Origin: Antedon mediterranea
Taxonomy: Eukaryota > Animalia > Echinodermata
Length of the DNA stretch: 64,000 nt
Assembly (NCBI RefSeq): GCF_964355755.1
Contig: NC_092673.1
Coordinates: 10,416,001-10,480,000 of the forward strand
Direction of reading: 5' to 3'
Under the pieces are notes generated by a model. The model saw only the letters and a program-made list of their open reading frames with translations, did no database searches and was not told the origin of the DNA. Numbering within the stretch: the stretch's first letter is position 1; the number at the start of each line of letters is the position of its first letter. Shown piece after piece: positions 47,901-59,460 of this stretch. A program made the position numbers and the translations under genes.

Positions 47901-50900
47901 ATCTCTCTCTCGCTTATCTATTTCTCTCTCTCGCTGATCTACCTCTCTCTCGCTGATCTATCTCTCTCTCTCGCTGATCTATCTCTCTCTCGCTGATATA
48001 TCTCTCACTCGCTGATCTAACTCTCTCGCTGATCTATCTCTCTCTCGCTGATCTATCTCTTTCTCGCTGATCTATCTCTCTCTCGCTGATCTATCTCTCT
48101 CTCGCTGATCTATCTCTCTCTCGCTGATCTATCTCTCTCTCGCTGATCAATCTCTCTCTCGCTGATCTATCTCTCTCTCGCAGATCTATCACTCTCTCTC
48201 GCTGATCTATCTCTCTCTCTCTCTCGCTGATCTATCTCTCTCTCTCGCTGATCTATCTCTCTCTCGCTGATCTATCTCTCTCGCTGATCTATCTCTCTCT
48301 CGCTGATCTATCTCTCTCTCTCTCGCTGATCTATTTCTCTCTCGCTGATCTATCTCTCTCTCGCTGATCTATCTCTCTCTCTCGCTGATCTATATCTCTC
48401 TCGCTGATCTATCTCTCTCTCGCTGATCTTTCTCTCTCTCTGGCTGATCTATCTCTCTCTCGCTGATCTATCTCTCTCGCTGATCTATCTCTCTCTCGCT
48501 GATCTATCTCTCTCTCTCGCTGATCTATCTCTCTCTCGCTGATCTATATTTCTCTCGCTGATCTATCTCTCTCTCTCGCGCTGATCTATCTCTCTCTCGC
48601 TGATCTATCTCTCTCTCGCAGATCCATCTCTCTCTCGCTGATCTATCTCTCTCTCGCTGATCTATCTCCCTCGCTGTTCTATCTCTCTCTAGTTGATCTA
48701 TCTCTCTCTCGCTGATCTATCTCTCTCTCGCTGATCTATCTCTCTCGCTGATCTATATCTCTCTCGCTGATCTATCTCTCTCTCTCTCTCGCTGATCTAT
48801 CTCTCTCTCGCTGATCTGTCTCTCTCTCGCTGATCTATCTCTCTCTCGCTGATCTATCTCTCTCTCGCTGATCTATCTCTCTCTCGCTGATCTATCTCTC
48901 TCTCGCTTATCTATCTCTCTCTCTCGCTGATCTACCTCTCTCTCGCTGATCTATCTCTCTCTCTCGCTGATCTATCTCTCTCTCGCTGATATATCTCTCT
49001 CTCGCTGATCTAACTCTCTCGCTGATCTATCTCTCTCTCGCTGATCTATCTCTTTCTCGCTGATCTATCTCTCTCTCTCGCTGATCTATCTCTCTCTCGC
49101 TGATCTATCTCTCTCTCTCGCTGATCTATCTCTCTCTCGCTGATCTAACTCTCTCGCTGATCTATCTCTCTCTCGCTGATCTATCTCTCTCTCTCTCTCG
49201 CTGATCTATCTCTCCCTCGCTGATCTATCTCTCTCTCGCTGATCTATCTCTCTCTCGCTGATCTGTCTCTCTCTCGCTGATCTATCTCTCTCTCGCTGAT
49301 CTATCTCTCTCTCGCTGATCTATCTCTCTCTCGCTGATCTATCTCTCTCTCGCTTATCTATCTCTCTCTCGCTGATCTACCTCTCTCTCGCTGATCTATC
49401 TCTCTCTCTCGTTTATCTATCTCTCTCTCTCGCTGATATATCTCTCTCTCGCTGATCTAACTCTCTCACTGATCTATCTCTCTCTCGCTGATCTATCTCT
49501 TTCTCGCTGATCTATCTCTCTCTCGCTGATCTATCACTCTCTCGCTGATCTATCTCTCCCTCGCTGATCTATCTCTCTCTCGCTGATCTATCTCTCTCTC
49601 GCTGATCTATCTCTCTCTCGCTGATCTATCACTCTCTCTCGCTGATCTATCTCTCTCTCTCTCTCGCTGATCTATCTCTCTCTCTCGCTGATCTATCTCT
49701 CTCTCGCTGATCTATCTCTCTCGCTGATCTATCTCTCTCTCGCTGATCTATCTCTCTCACTCTCTCGCTGATCTTTCTCTCTCTCGCTGATCTATCTCTC
49801 TCTCGCTGATCTATCTCTCTCTCGCTGATCTGTCTCTCTCTCGCTGATCTATCTCTCTCTCAATGATCTATCTCTCTCTCGCTGATCTATCTCTCTCTCG
49901 CTGATCTATCTCTCTCTCGCTTATCTATCTCTCTCTCTCGCTGATCTACCTCTCTCTCGCTGATCTATCTCTCTCTCTCGCTGATCTATCTCTCTCTCGC
50001 TGATATATCTCTCTCTCGCTGATCTAACTTTCTCGCTGATCTATCTCTCTCTCGCTGATCTATCTCTTTTTCGCTGATCTATCTCTCTCTCGCTGATCTA
50101 TCACTCTCTCGCTGATCTATCTCTCCCTCGCTGATCTATCTCTCTCTCGCTGATCTATCTCTCTCTCGCTGATCTATCTCTCTCTCTCGCTGATCTATCA
50201 CTCTCTCTCGCTGATCTATCTCTCTCTCTCGCTGATCTATCTCTCTCTCTCGCTGATCTATCTCTCTCTCGCTGATCTATCTCTCTCGCTGATCTATCTC
50301 TCTCTCGCTGATCTATCTCTCTCACTCTCGCGCTGATCTATCTCTCTCTCGCTGATCTATCCCTCTCTCGCAGATCCATCTCTCTCTCGCTGATCTATCT
50401 CTCTCTCGCTGATCTATCTCCCTCGCTGTTCTATCTCTCTAGTTGATCTATCTCTCTCTCGCTGATCTATCTCTCTCTCGCTGATCTATCTCTCTCTCTC
50501 GCTGATCTATCTCTCTCTCTCTCGCTGATCTATCTCTCTCTCGCTGATCTATCTCTCTCTCTTGCTGATCTATCACTCTCTCTCGCTGATCTATCTCTCT
50601 CTCGCGCTGATCTATCTCTCTCTCTCTCGCTGATCTATCTCTATCTCTCACTGATCTATCTTTCTCTCTCGCTGATCTATCTCTCTCTCCCGCTGATCTA
50701 TCTCTAGCTCTCTGTCGCTGATCTATCTCTAGCTCTCTCTCGCTGATCTATCTCTCTCTGTCGCTGATCTATCTCCCTCTGTCGCTGATCTATCTCTCTC
50801 TGTCGCTGATCTATCTCTCTCTGTCGCTGATCTATCTCTCTATCTCTCTCTCGCTGATCTATCTCTCTCGCTGATCTATCTCTCTCTCGCTGATCTATCT

Positions 50901-52390
50901 CTCTCTCGCTGATCTATCTTTCTCTCGCTGATCTATCTCTCTCTCGCTTATCTATCTCTCTCTCGCTGATCTAGCTCTCTCTCGCTGATCTATCTCTCTC
51001 TCGCTGATCTATCTCTCTCTCGCTGATATATCTCTCTCTCGCTGATCTAACTCTCTCGCTGATCTATCTCTCTCTCGCTGATCTATCTCTTTCTCGCTGA
51101 TCTATCTCTCTCTCGCTGATCTATCTCTCTCTCGCTGATCTATCTCTCTCTCGCTGATCTATCTCTCTCTCGCTGATCTATCTCTCTCTCTCGCTGATCT
51201 ATCTCTCTCTCGCTGATCTATATTTCTCTCGCTGATCTATCTCTCTCTCGCTGATCTATCTCTCTCTCGCTGATATGTCTCTCTCTCGCTGATCTATCTC
51301 CCTCTCGCTGAACTAACTCTCCCCCGCTGATCTATCTCTCTCTCGCTAATCTATCTCTCTCTCGCTGATCTATCTCTCTCTCTCTCGCTGATCTATCTCT
51401 CTCCCTGATCTATCTCTCTCTCGCTGATCTCTCTCTCGCTGATCTATCTCTCTCTCGCTGATCTATCTATCTCTCGCTGATCTATCTCTCTCTCGCTGAT
51501 CTATCACTCTCTCTCGCTGATCTATCTCTCTCTCTCGCTGATCTATCTCTCTCTCTCTCTCGCTGATCTATCTCTCTCTCGCTGATCTATCTCTCTCTCT
51601 CTCGCTGATCTATCTCTCTCTCGCTGATCTGTCTCTCTCTCGCTGATCTATCTCTCTCTCGCTGATCTATCTCTCTCTCGCTGATCTATCTCTCTCTCGC
51701 TGATCTATCTCTCTCTCGCTTATCTATCTCTCTCTCTCGCTGATCTACCTCTCTCTCGCTGATCTATCTCTCTCTCTCGCTGATCTATCTCTCTCTCGCT
51801 GATATATCTCTCTCTCGCTGATCTAACTCTCTCGCTGATCTATCTCTCTCTCGCTGATCTATCTCTTTCTCGCTGATCTATCTCTCTCTCGCTGATCTAT
51901 CTCTCTCTCGCTGATCTATCTCTCTCTCGCTGATCTATCTCTCTCTCGCTGATCTATCTCTCTCTCGCTGATCTATCTCTCTCTCGCTTATCTATCTCTC
52001 TCTCGCTGATCTACCTCTCTCTCGCTGATCTATCTCTCTCTCTCGTTTATCTATCTCTCTCTCTCGCTGATATATCTCTCTCTCGCTGATCTAACTCTCT
52101 CGCTGATCTATCTCTCTCTCGCTGATCTATCTCTTTCTCGCTGATCTATCTCTCTCTCGCTGATCTATCACTCTCTCGCTGATCTATCTCTCCCTCGCTG
52201 ATCTATCTCTCTCTCTCGCTGATCTATCTCTCTCTCGCTGATCTATCTCTCTCTCGCTGATCTATCACTCTCTCTCGCTGATCTATCTCTCTCTCTCTCT
52301 CGCTGATCTATCTCTCTCTCTCGCTGATCTATCTCTCTCTCGCTGATCTATCTCTCTCGCTGATCTATCTCTCTCTCGCTGATCTATCTC
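25650..52390 (+). repeat. ~13.1-kb higher-order duplication inside the array (~25650-38730 vs ~39330-52390, offset ~13.68-13.71 kb)
   Basis: Rare variants recur in the same order at a constant offset: CGCGGATC ~25808/39488, TATCACTATC 26821/40501, GCAAATCT ~28103/41781, CAGATATCTC ~31141/44819, GATCGATC ~33007/46681, CAATGATC 36151/49861, CTGAACTAACT ~37615/51308. Identical spurious ORFs occur at 36755 and 50448. Confidence 0.88.
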
Positions 52391-55300
52391 TCTCACTCTC
52401 TCGCTGATCTTTCTCTCTCTCGCTGATCTATCTCTCTCTCGCTGATCTATCTCTCTCTCGCTGATCTGTCTCTCTCTCGCTGATCTATCTCTCTCTCAAT
52501 GATCTATCTCTCTCTCGCTGATCTATCTCTCTCTCGCTGATCTATCTCTCTCTCGCTGATCTACCTCTCTCTCGCTGATCTATCTCTCTCTCTCGCTGAT
52601 CTATCTCTCTCTCGCTGATATATCTCTCTCTCGCTGATCTAACTCTCTCGCTGATCTATCTCTCTCTCGCTGATCTATCTCTTTTTCGCTGATCTATCTC
52701 TCTCTCGCTGATCTATCACTCTCTCGCTGATCTATCTCTCCCTCGCTGATCTATCTCTCTCTCGCTGATCTATCTCTCTCTCGCTGATCTATCTCTCTCT
52801 CGCTGATCTATCTCTCTCTCGCTGATCTATCACTCTCTCTCGCTGATCTATCTCTCTCTCTCGCTGATCTATCTCTCTCTCTCGCTGATCTATCTCTCTC
52901 TCGCTGATCTATCTCTCTCGCTGATCTATCTCTCTCTCGCTGATCTATCTCTCTCACTCTCGCGCTGATCTATCTCTCTCTCGCTGATCTATCCCTCTCT
53001 CGCAGATCCATCTCTCTCTCGCTGATCTATCTCTCTCTCGCTAATCTATCTCCCTCGCTGTTCTATCTCTCTAGTTGATCTATCTCTCTCTCGCTGATCT
53101 ATCTCTCTCTCGCTGATCTATCTCTCTCTCTCTTGCTGATCTATCTCTCTCTCTCTCGCTGATCTATCTCTCTCTCGCTGATCTATCTCTCTCTCTTGCT
53201 GATCTATCACTCTCTCTCGCTGATCTATCTCTCTCTCGCGCTGATCTATCTCTCTCTCTCTCGCTGATCTATCTCTATCTCTCACTGATCTATCTCTCTC
53301 TCTCGCTGATCTATCTCTCTCTCCCGCTGATCTATCTCTAGCTCTCTGTCGCTGATCTATCTCTAGCTCTCTCTCGCTGATCTATCTCTCTCTGTCGCTG
53401 ATCTATCTCCCTCTGTCGCTGATCTATCTCTCTCTGTCGCTGATCTATCTCTCTCTGTCGCTGATCTATCTCTCTATCTCTCTCTCGCTGATCTATCTCT
53501 CTCGCTGATCTATCTCTCTCTCGCTGATCTATCTCTCTCTCGCTGATCTATCTCCCTCTCGCTGATCTATTTCTCTCTCGCTGATCTATCTCTCTCTCGC
53601 TGATCTATCTCTCTCGCTGATCTATCTCTCTCTCTCGCTGATCTATCTCTCTCTCGCTGATCTATCTCTCTCTCGCTGATCTATCTCTCACTCGCTGATC
53701 TATCTCTCTCTCGCTGATCTATCTCTCTCTCTCTCGCTGATCTATCTCTCTCTCGCTGATCTATCTCTCTCTCGCTGATCTATCACTCTCTCGCTGATCT
53801 ATCTCTCTCTCTCGCTGATCTATCTCTCTCACTGATCTATCTCTCTCTCGCTGATCTATCTCTCTCTCGCTGATCTATCTCTCTCTCGCTGATCTATCTC
53901 TCTTTCTCGCTGATCTATCACTCTCTCTCGCTGATCTATCTCTCTCTCTCTCTCGCTGATCTATCTCTCTCTCTCGCTGATCTATCTCTCTCTCGCTGAT
54001 CTATCTCTCTCGCTGATCTATCTCTCTCTCGCTGATCTATCTCTCTCTCTCTCGCTGATCTATCTCTCTCTCGCTGATCTATTTCTCTCTCGCTGATCTA
54101 TCTCTCTCTCGCTGATCTATCTCTCTCTCGCTTATCTATCTCTCTCTCGCTGATCTAGCTCTCTCTCGCTGATCTATCTCTCTCTCGCTGATCTATCTCT
54201 CTCTCGCTGATATATCTCTCTCTCGCTTATCTAACTCTCTCGCTGATCTATCTCTCTCTCGCTGATCTATCTCTTTCTCGCTGATCTATCTCTCTCTCGC
54301 TGATCTATCTCTCTCTCGCTGATCTATCTCTCTCTCGCTGATCTATCTCTCTCTCGCTGATCTATCTCTCTCTCTCGCTGATCTATCTCTCTCTCGCTGA
54401 TCTATATTTCTCTCGCTGATCTATCTCTCTCTCGCTGATCTATCTCTCTCTCGCTGATATGTCTCTCTCTCGCTGATCTATCTCCCTCTCGCTGATCTAA
54501 CTCTCCCCCGCTGATCTATCTCTCTCTCGCTAATCTATCTCTCTCTCGCTGATCTATCTCTCTCTCTCTCGCTGATCTATCTCTCTCCCTGATCTATCTC
54601 TCTCTCGCTGATCTATCTCTCTCTCGCTGATCTATCTCTCTCTCGCTGATCAATCTCTCTCTCGCTGATCTATCTCTCTCTCGCTGATCTATCACTCTCT
54701 CTCGCTGATCTATCTCTCTCTCTCGCTGATCTATCTCTCTCTCTCGCTGATCTATCTCTCTCTCGCTGATCTATCTCTCTCGCTGATCTATCTCTCTCTC
54801 GCTGATCTATCTCTCTCTCTCTCGCTGATCTATCTCTCTCTCGCTGATCTGTCTCTCTCTCGCTGATCTATCTCTCTCTCGCTGATCTATCTCTCTCTCG
54901 CTGATCTATCTCTCTCTCGCTGATCTATCTCTCTCACTCTCGCGCTGATCTATCTCTCTCTCGCTGATCTATCTCTCTCTCGCAGATCCATCTCTCTCTC
55001 GCTGATCTATCTCTCTCTCGCTGATCTATCTCCCTCGCTGTTCTATCTCTCTCTAGTTGATCTATCTCTCTCTCGCTGATCTATCTCTCTCTCTCTCTCG
55101 CTGATCTATCTCTCTCTCTCGCTGATCTATCTCTCTCTCGCTGATCTATCTCTCCCTCTCGCTGATCTATCTCTCTCGCTGATCTATCTCTCTCTCGCTG
55201 ATCTATCTCTCTCTCGCTGATCTATCTCTCTCGCTGATCTATCTCGCTCTCTCGCTGATCTATCACTCTCTCTCGCTGATCTATCTCTCTCTCTCTCGCT

Positions 55301-56959
55301 GATCTATCTCTCTCTCTCTCGCTGATCTATCTCTCTCTCGCTGATCTATCTCTCTCGCTGATCTATCTCTCTCTCGCTGATCTATCTCTCTCTCTCTCTC
55401 TCTCGCTGATCTATCTCTCTCTCGCTGATCTATCTCTCTCTCGCTGATCTATCTCTCACTCGCTGATCTATCTCTCACTCTCTGATCTATCTCTCTCTCG
55501 CTGATCTATCTCTCTCTCGCTGATCTATCTCTCTCGTTGATCTATCTCTCTCTCGCTGATCTATCTCTCTCTCGCTGATCTATCTTTCTCGCTGATCTAT
55601 CTCTCTCTCGCTGATCTATCTCTCTCTCTCGCTGATCTATCTCACTCTCGCTGATCTATCTCTCTCTCGCTGATCTATCTCTCTCTCGCTGATCTATCTC
55701 TCTCTCGCCGATCTATCTCTCTCTCGCTGATCTATCTCTCTCTCGCTGATCTATATCTCTCTCGCTGATCTATCTCTCTCTCGCTGATCTTTCTCTCTCT
55801 CTGGCTGATCTATCTCTCTCTCGCTGATCTATCTCTCTCGTTGATCTATCTCTCTCGCTGATCTATCTCTCTCTCGCTGATCTATCTTTCTCGCTGATCT
55901 ATCTCTCTCTCGCTGATCTATCTCTCTCTCTCGCTGATCTATCTCACTCTCGCTGACCTATCTCTCTCTCGCTGATCTATCTCTCTCTCGCTGATCTATC
56001 TCTCTCTCGCCGATCTATCTCTCTCTCGCTGATCTATCTCTCTCTCGCTGATCTATATCTCTCTCGCTGATCTATCTCTCTCTCGCTGATCTTTCTCTCT
56101 CTCTGGCTGATCTATCTCTCTCTCTCTCGCTGATCTATCTCTCTCGCTGATCTATCTCTCTCTGTCGCTGATCTATCTCTCTCTGTCGCTGATCTATCTC
56201 TCTATCTCTCTCTCGCTGATCTATCTCTCTCGCTGATCTATCTCTCTCTCTCGCTGATCTATCTCTCTCTCGCTGATCTATCTCTCTCTCGCTGATCTAT
56301 CTCTCACTCGCTGATTTATCTCTCTCTCGCTGATCTATCTCTCTCTCTCTCTCGCTGATCTATCTCTCTCTCGCTGATCTATCTCTCTCTCGCTGATCTA
56401 TCTCTCTCTCTCTCTCGCTGATCTATCTCTCTCTCGCTGATCTATCTCTCTCTCACTGATCTATCTCTCTCTCGCTGATCTGTCTCTCTCTCGCTGATCT
56501 ATCTCTCTCTCGCTGATCTATCTCTCTCTCGCTGATCTATCTCTCTCTCGCTGATCTATCTCTCTCTTGCTTATCTATATCTCTCTCGCTGATCTACCTC
56601 TCTCTCGCTGATCTATCTCTCTCTCTCTCGCTGATCTATCTCTCTCTCGCTGATATATCTCTCTCTCGCTGATCTAACTCTCTCGCTGATCTATCTCTCT
56701 CTCGCTGATCTATCTCTTTCTCGCTGACCTATCTCTCTCTCGCTGATCTATCACTCTCTCGCTGATCTATCTCTCCCTCGCTGATCTATCTCTCTCTCGC
56801 TGATCTATCTCTCTCTCGCTGATCTATCTCTCTCTCGCTGATCTATCACTCTCTCTCGCTGATCTATCTCTCTCTCTCTCGCTGATCTATCTCTCTCTCT
56901 CGCTGATCTATCTCTCTCTCGCTGATCTATCTCTCTCGCTGATCTATCTCTCTCTCGCT

Positions 56960-59460
56960 GATCTATCTCTCTCACTCTCGCGCTGATCTATCTCTCTCTC
57001 GCTGATCTATCCCTCTCTCGCAGATCCATCTCTCTCTCGCTGATCTATCTCTCTCTCGCTGATCTATCTCCCTCGCTGTTCTATCTCTCTAGTTGATCTA
57101 TCTCTCTCTCGCTGATCTATCTCTCTCTCGCTGATCTATCTCTCTCTCGCTGATCTATCTCTCTCTCTCTCTCGCTGATCTATCTCTCTCTCGCTGATCT
57201 ATCTCTCTCACTTGCTGATCTATCACTCTCTCTCGCTGATCTATCTCTCTCGCGCGCTGATCTATCTCTCTCTCTCTCGCTGATCTATCTCTATCTCTTA
57301 CTGATCTATCTCTCTCTCTCGCTGATCTATCTCTCTCTCCCGCTGATCTATCTCTAGCTCTCTGTCGCTGATCTATCTCTAGCTCTCTCTCGCTGATCTA
57401 TCTCTCTCTGTCGCTGATCTATCTCCCTCTGTCGCTGATCTATCTCTCTCTGTCGCTGATCTATCTCTCTTTGTCGCTGATCTATCTATCTATCTCTCTC
57501 TCGCTGATCTATCTCTTTCTCGCTGATCTATCTCTCTCTCGCTGATCTATCTCTCTCTCGCTGATCTATCTCTCTCTCGCTGATCTATCTCTCACTCGCT
57601 GATCTATCTCTCTCTCGCTGATCTATCTCTCTCTCGCAGATCTATCACTCTCTCTCGCTGATCTATCTCTCTGTCTCTCGCTGATCTTTCTCTCTCTCTC
57701 GCTGATCTATCTCTCTCTCGCTGATCTATCTCTCTCGCTGATCTATCTCTCTTTCGCTGATCTATCTCTCTCTCTCTCTCGCTGATCTATCTCTCTCTCG
57801 CTGATCTATCTCTCTCTCGCTGATCTATCTCTCTCTCGCTGATCTATATCTCTCTCGCTGATCTATCTCTCTCTCGCTGATCTTTCTCTCTCTCTGGCTG
57901 ATCTATCTCTCTCTCGCTGATCTATCTCTCTCGCTGATCTATCTCTCTCTTGCTGATCTATCTCTCTCTCTCGCTGATCTATCTCTCTCTCGCTGATCTA
58001 TATTTCTCTCGCTGATCTATCTCTCTCTCTCGCTGATCTATCTCTATCGCTGATCTATCTCGCTCTCTCGCTGATCTATCACTCTGGCTGATCTATCTCT
58101 CTCTCGCTGATCTATCTCTCTCTCGCTGATCTATCTCTCTCTCGCTGATCTATTCTCTCTCGTTGATCTATCTCTCTCTCGCTGATCTATCTCTCTCTCG
58201 CTGATCTATCTTTCTCGCTGATCTATCTCTCTCTCGCTGATCTATCTCTCTCTCTCGCTGATCTATCTCACTCTCGCTGATCTATCTCTCTCTCTCGCTG
58301 ATCTATCTCTCTCTCTCTCGCTGATCCTATCTCTCTCTCTCGCTGATCTATCTCTCTCTCGCTGATCTATCTCTCTCGCTGATCTATCTCTCTCTCGCTG
58401 ATCTATCTCTCTCACTCTCGCGCTGATCTATCTCTCTCTCGCTGATCTATCCCTCTCTCGCAGATCCATCTCTCTCTCGCTGATCTATCTCTCTCTCGCT
58501 GATCTATCTCCCTCGCTGTTTCTATCTCTCTAGTTGATCTATCTCTCTCTCGCTGATCTATCTCTCTCTCGCTGATCTATCTCTCTCTCGCTGATCTATC
58601 TCTCTCTCTCTCTCGCTGATCTATCTCTCTCTCGCTGATCTATCTCTCTCACTTGCTGATCTATCACTCTCTCTCGCTGATCTATCTCTCTCGCGCGCTG
58701 ATCTATCTCTCTCTCTCTCGCTGATCTATCTCTATCTCTTACTGATCTATCTCTCTCTCTCGCTGATCTATCTCTCTCTCCCGCTGATCTATCTCTAGCT
58801 CTCTGTCGCTGATCTATCTCTAGCTCTCTCTCGCTGATCTATCTCTCTCTGTCGCTGATCTATCTCCCTCTGTCGCTGATCTATCTCTCTCTGTCGCTGA
58901 TCTATCTCTCTTTGTCGCTGATCTATCTATCTATCTCTCTCTCGCTGATCTATCTCTTTCTCGCTGATCTATCTCTCTCTCGCTGATCTATCTCTCTCTC
59001 GCTGATCTATCTCTCTCTCGCTGATCTATCTCTCACTCGCTGATCTATCTCTCTCTCGCTGATCTATCTCTCTCTCGCAGATCTATCACTCTCTCTCGCT
59101 GATCTATCTCTCTGTCTCTCGCTGATCTTTCTCTCTCTCTCGATGATCTATCTCTCTCTCGCTGATCTATCTCTCTCGCTGATCTATCTCTCTTTCGCTG
59201 ATCTATCTCTCTCTCTCTCTCGCTGATCTATCTCTCTCTCGCTGATCTATCTCTCTCTCGCTGATCTATCTCTCTCTCTCGCTGATCTATATCTCTCTCG
59301 CTGATCTATCTCTCTCTCGCTGATCTTTCTCTCTCTCTGGCTGATCTATCTCTCTCTCGCTGATCTATCTCTCTCGCTGATCTATCTCTTCTCTCGCTGA
59401 TCTATCTCTCTCTCTCGCTGATCTATCTCTCTCTCGCTGATCTATATTTCTCTCGCTGAT
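56960..59460 (+). repeat. Duplication with ~1440-bp offset inside the array
   Basis: CACTTGCTG ~57209/58650, CTCTTACTG ~57296/58737, CTTTGTCG ~57469/58910, CTGTCTCTCGCTGATCTTT ~57671/59112. Confidence 0.75.
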
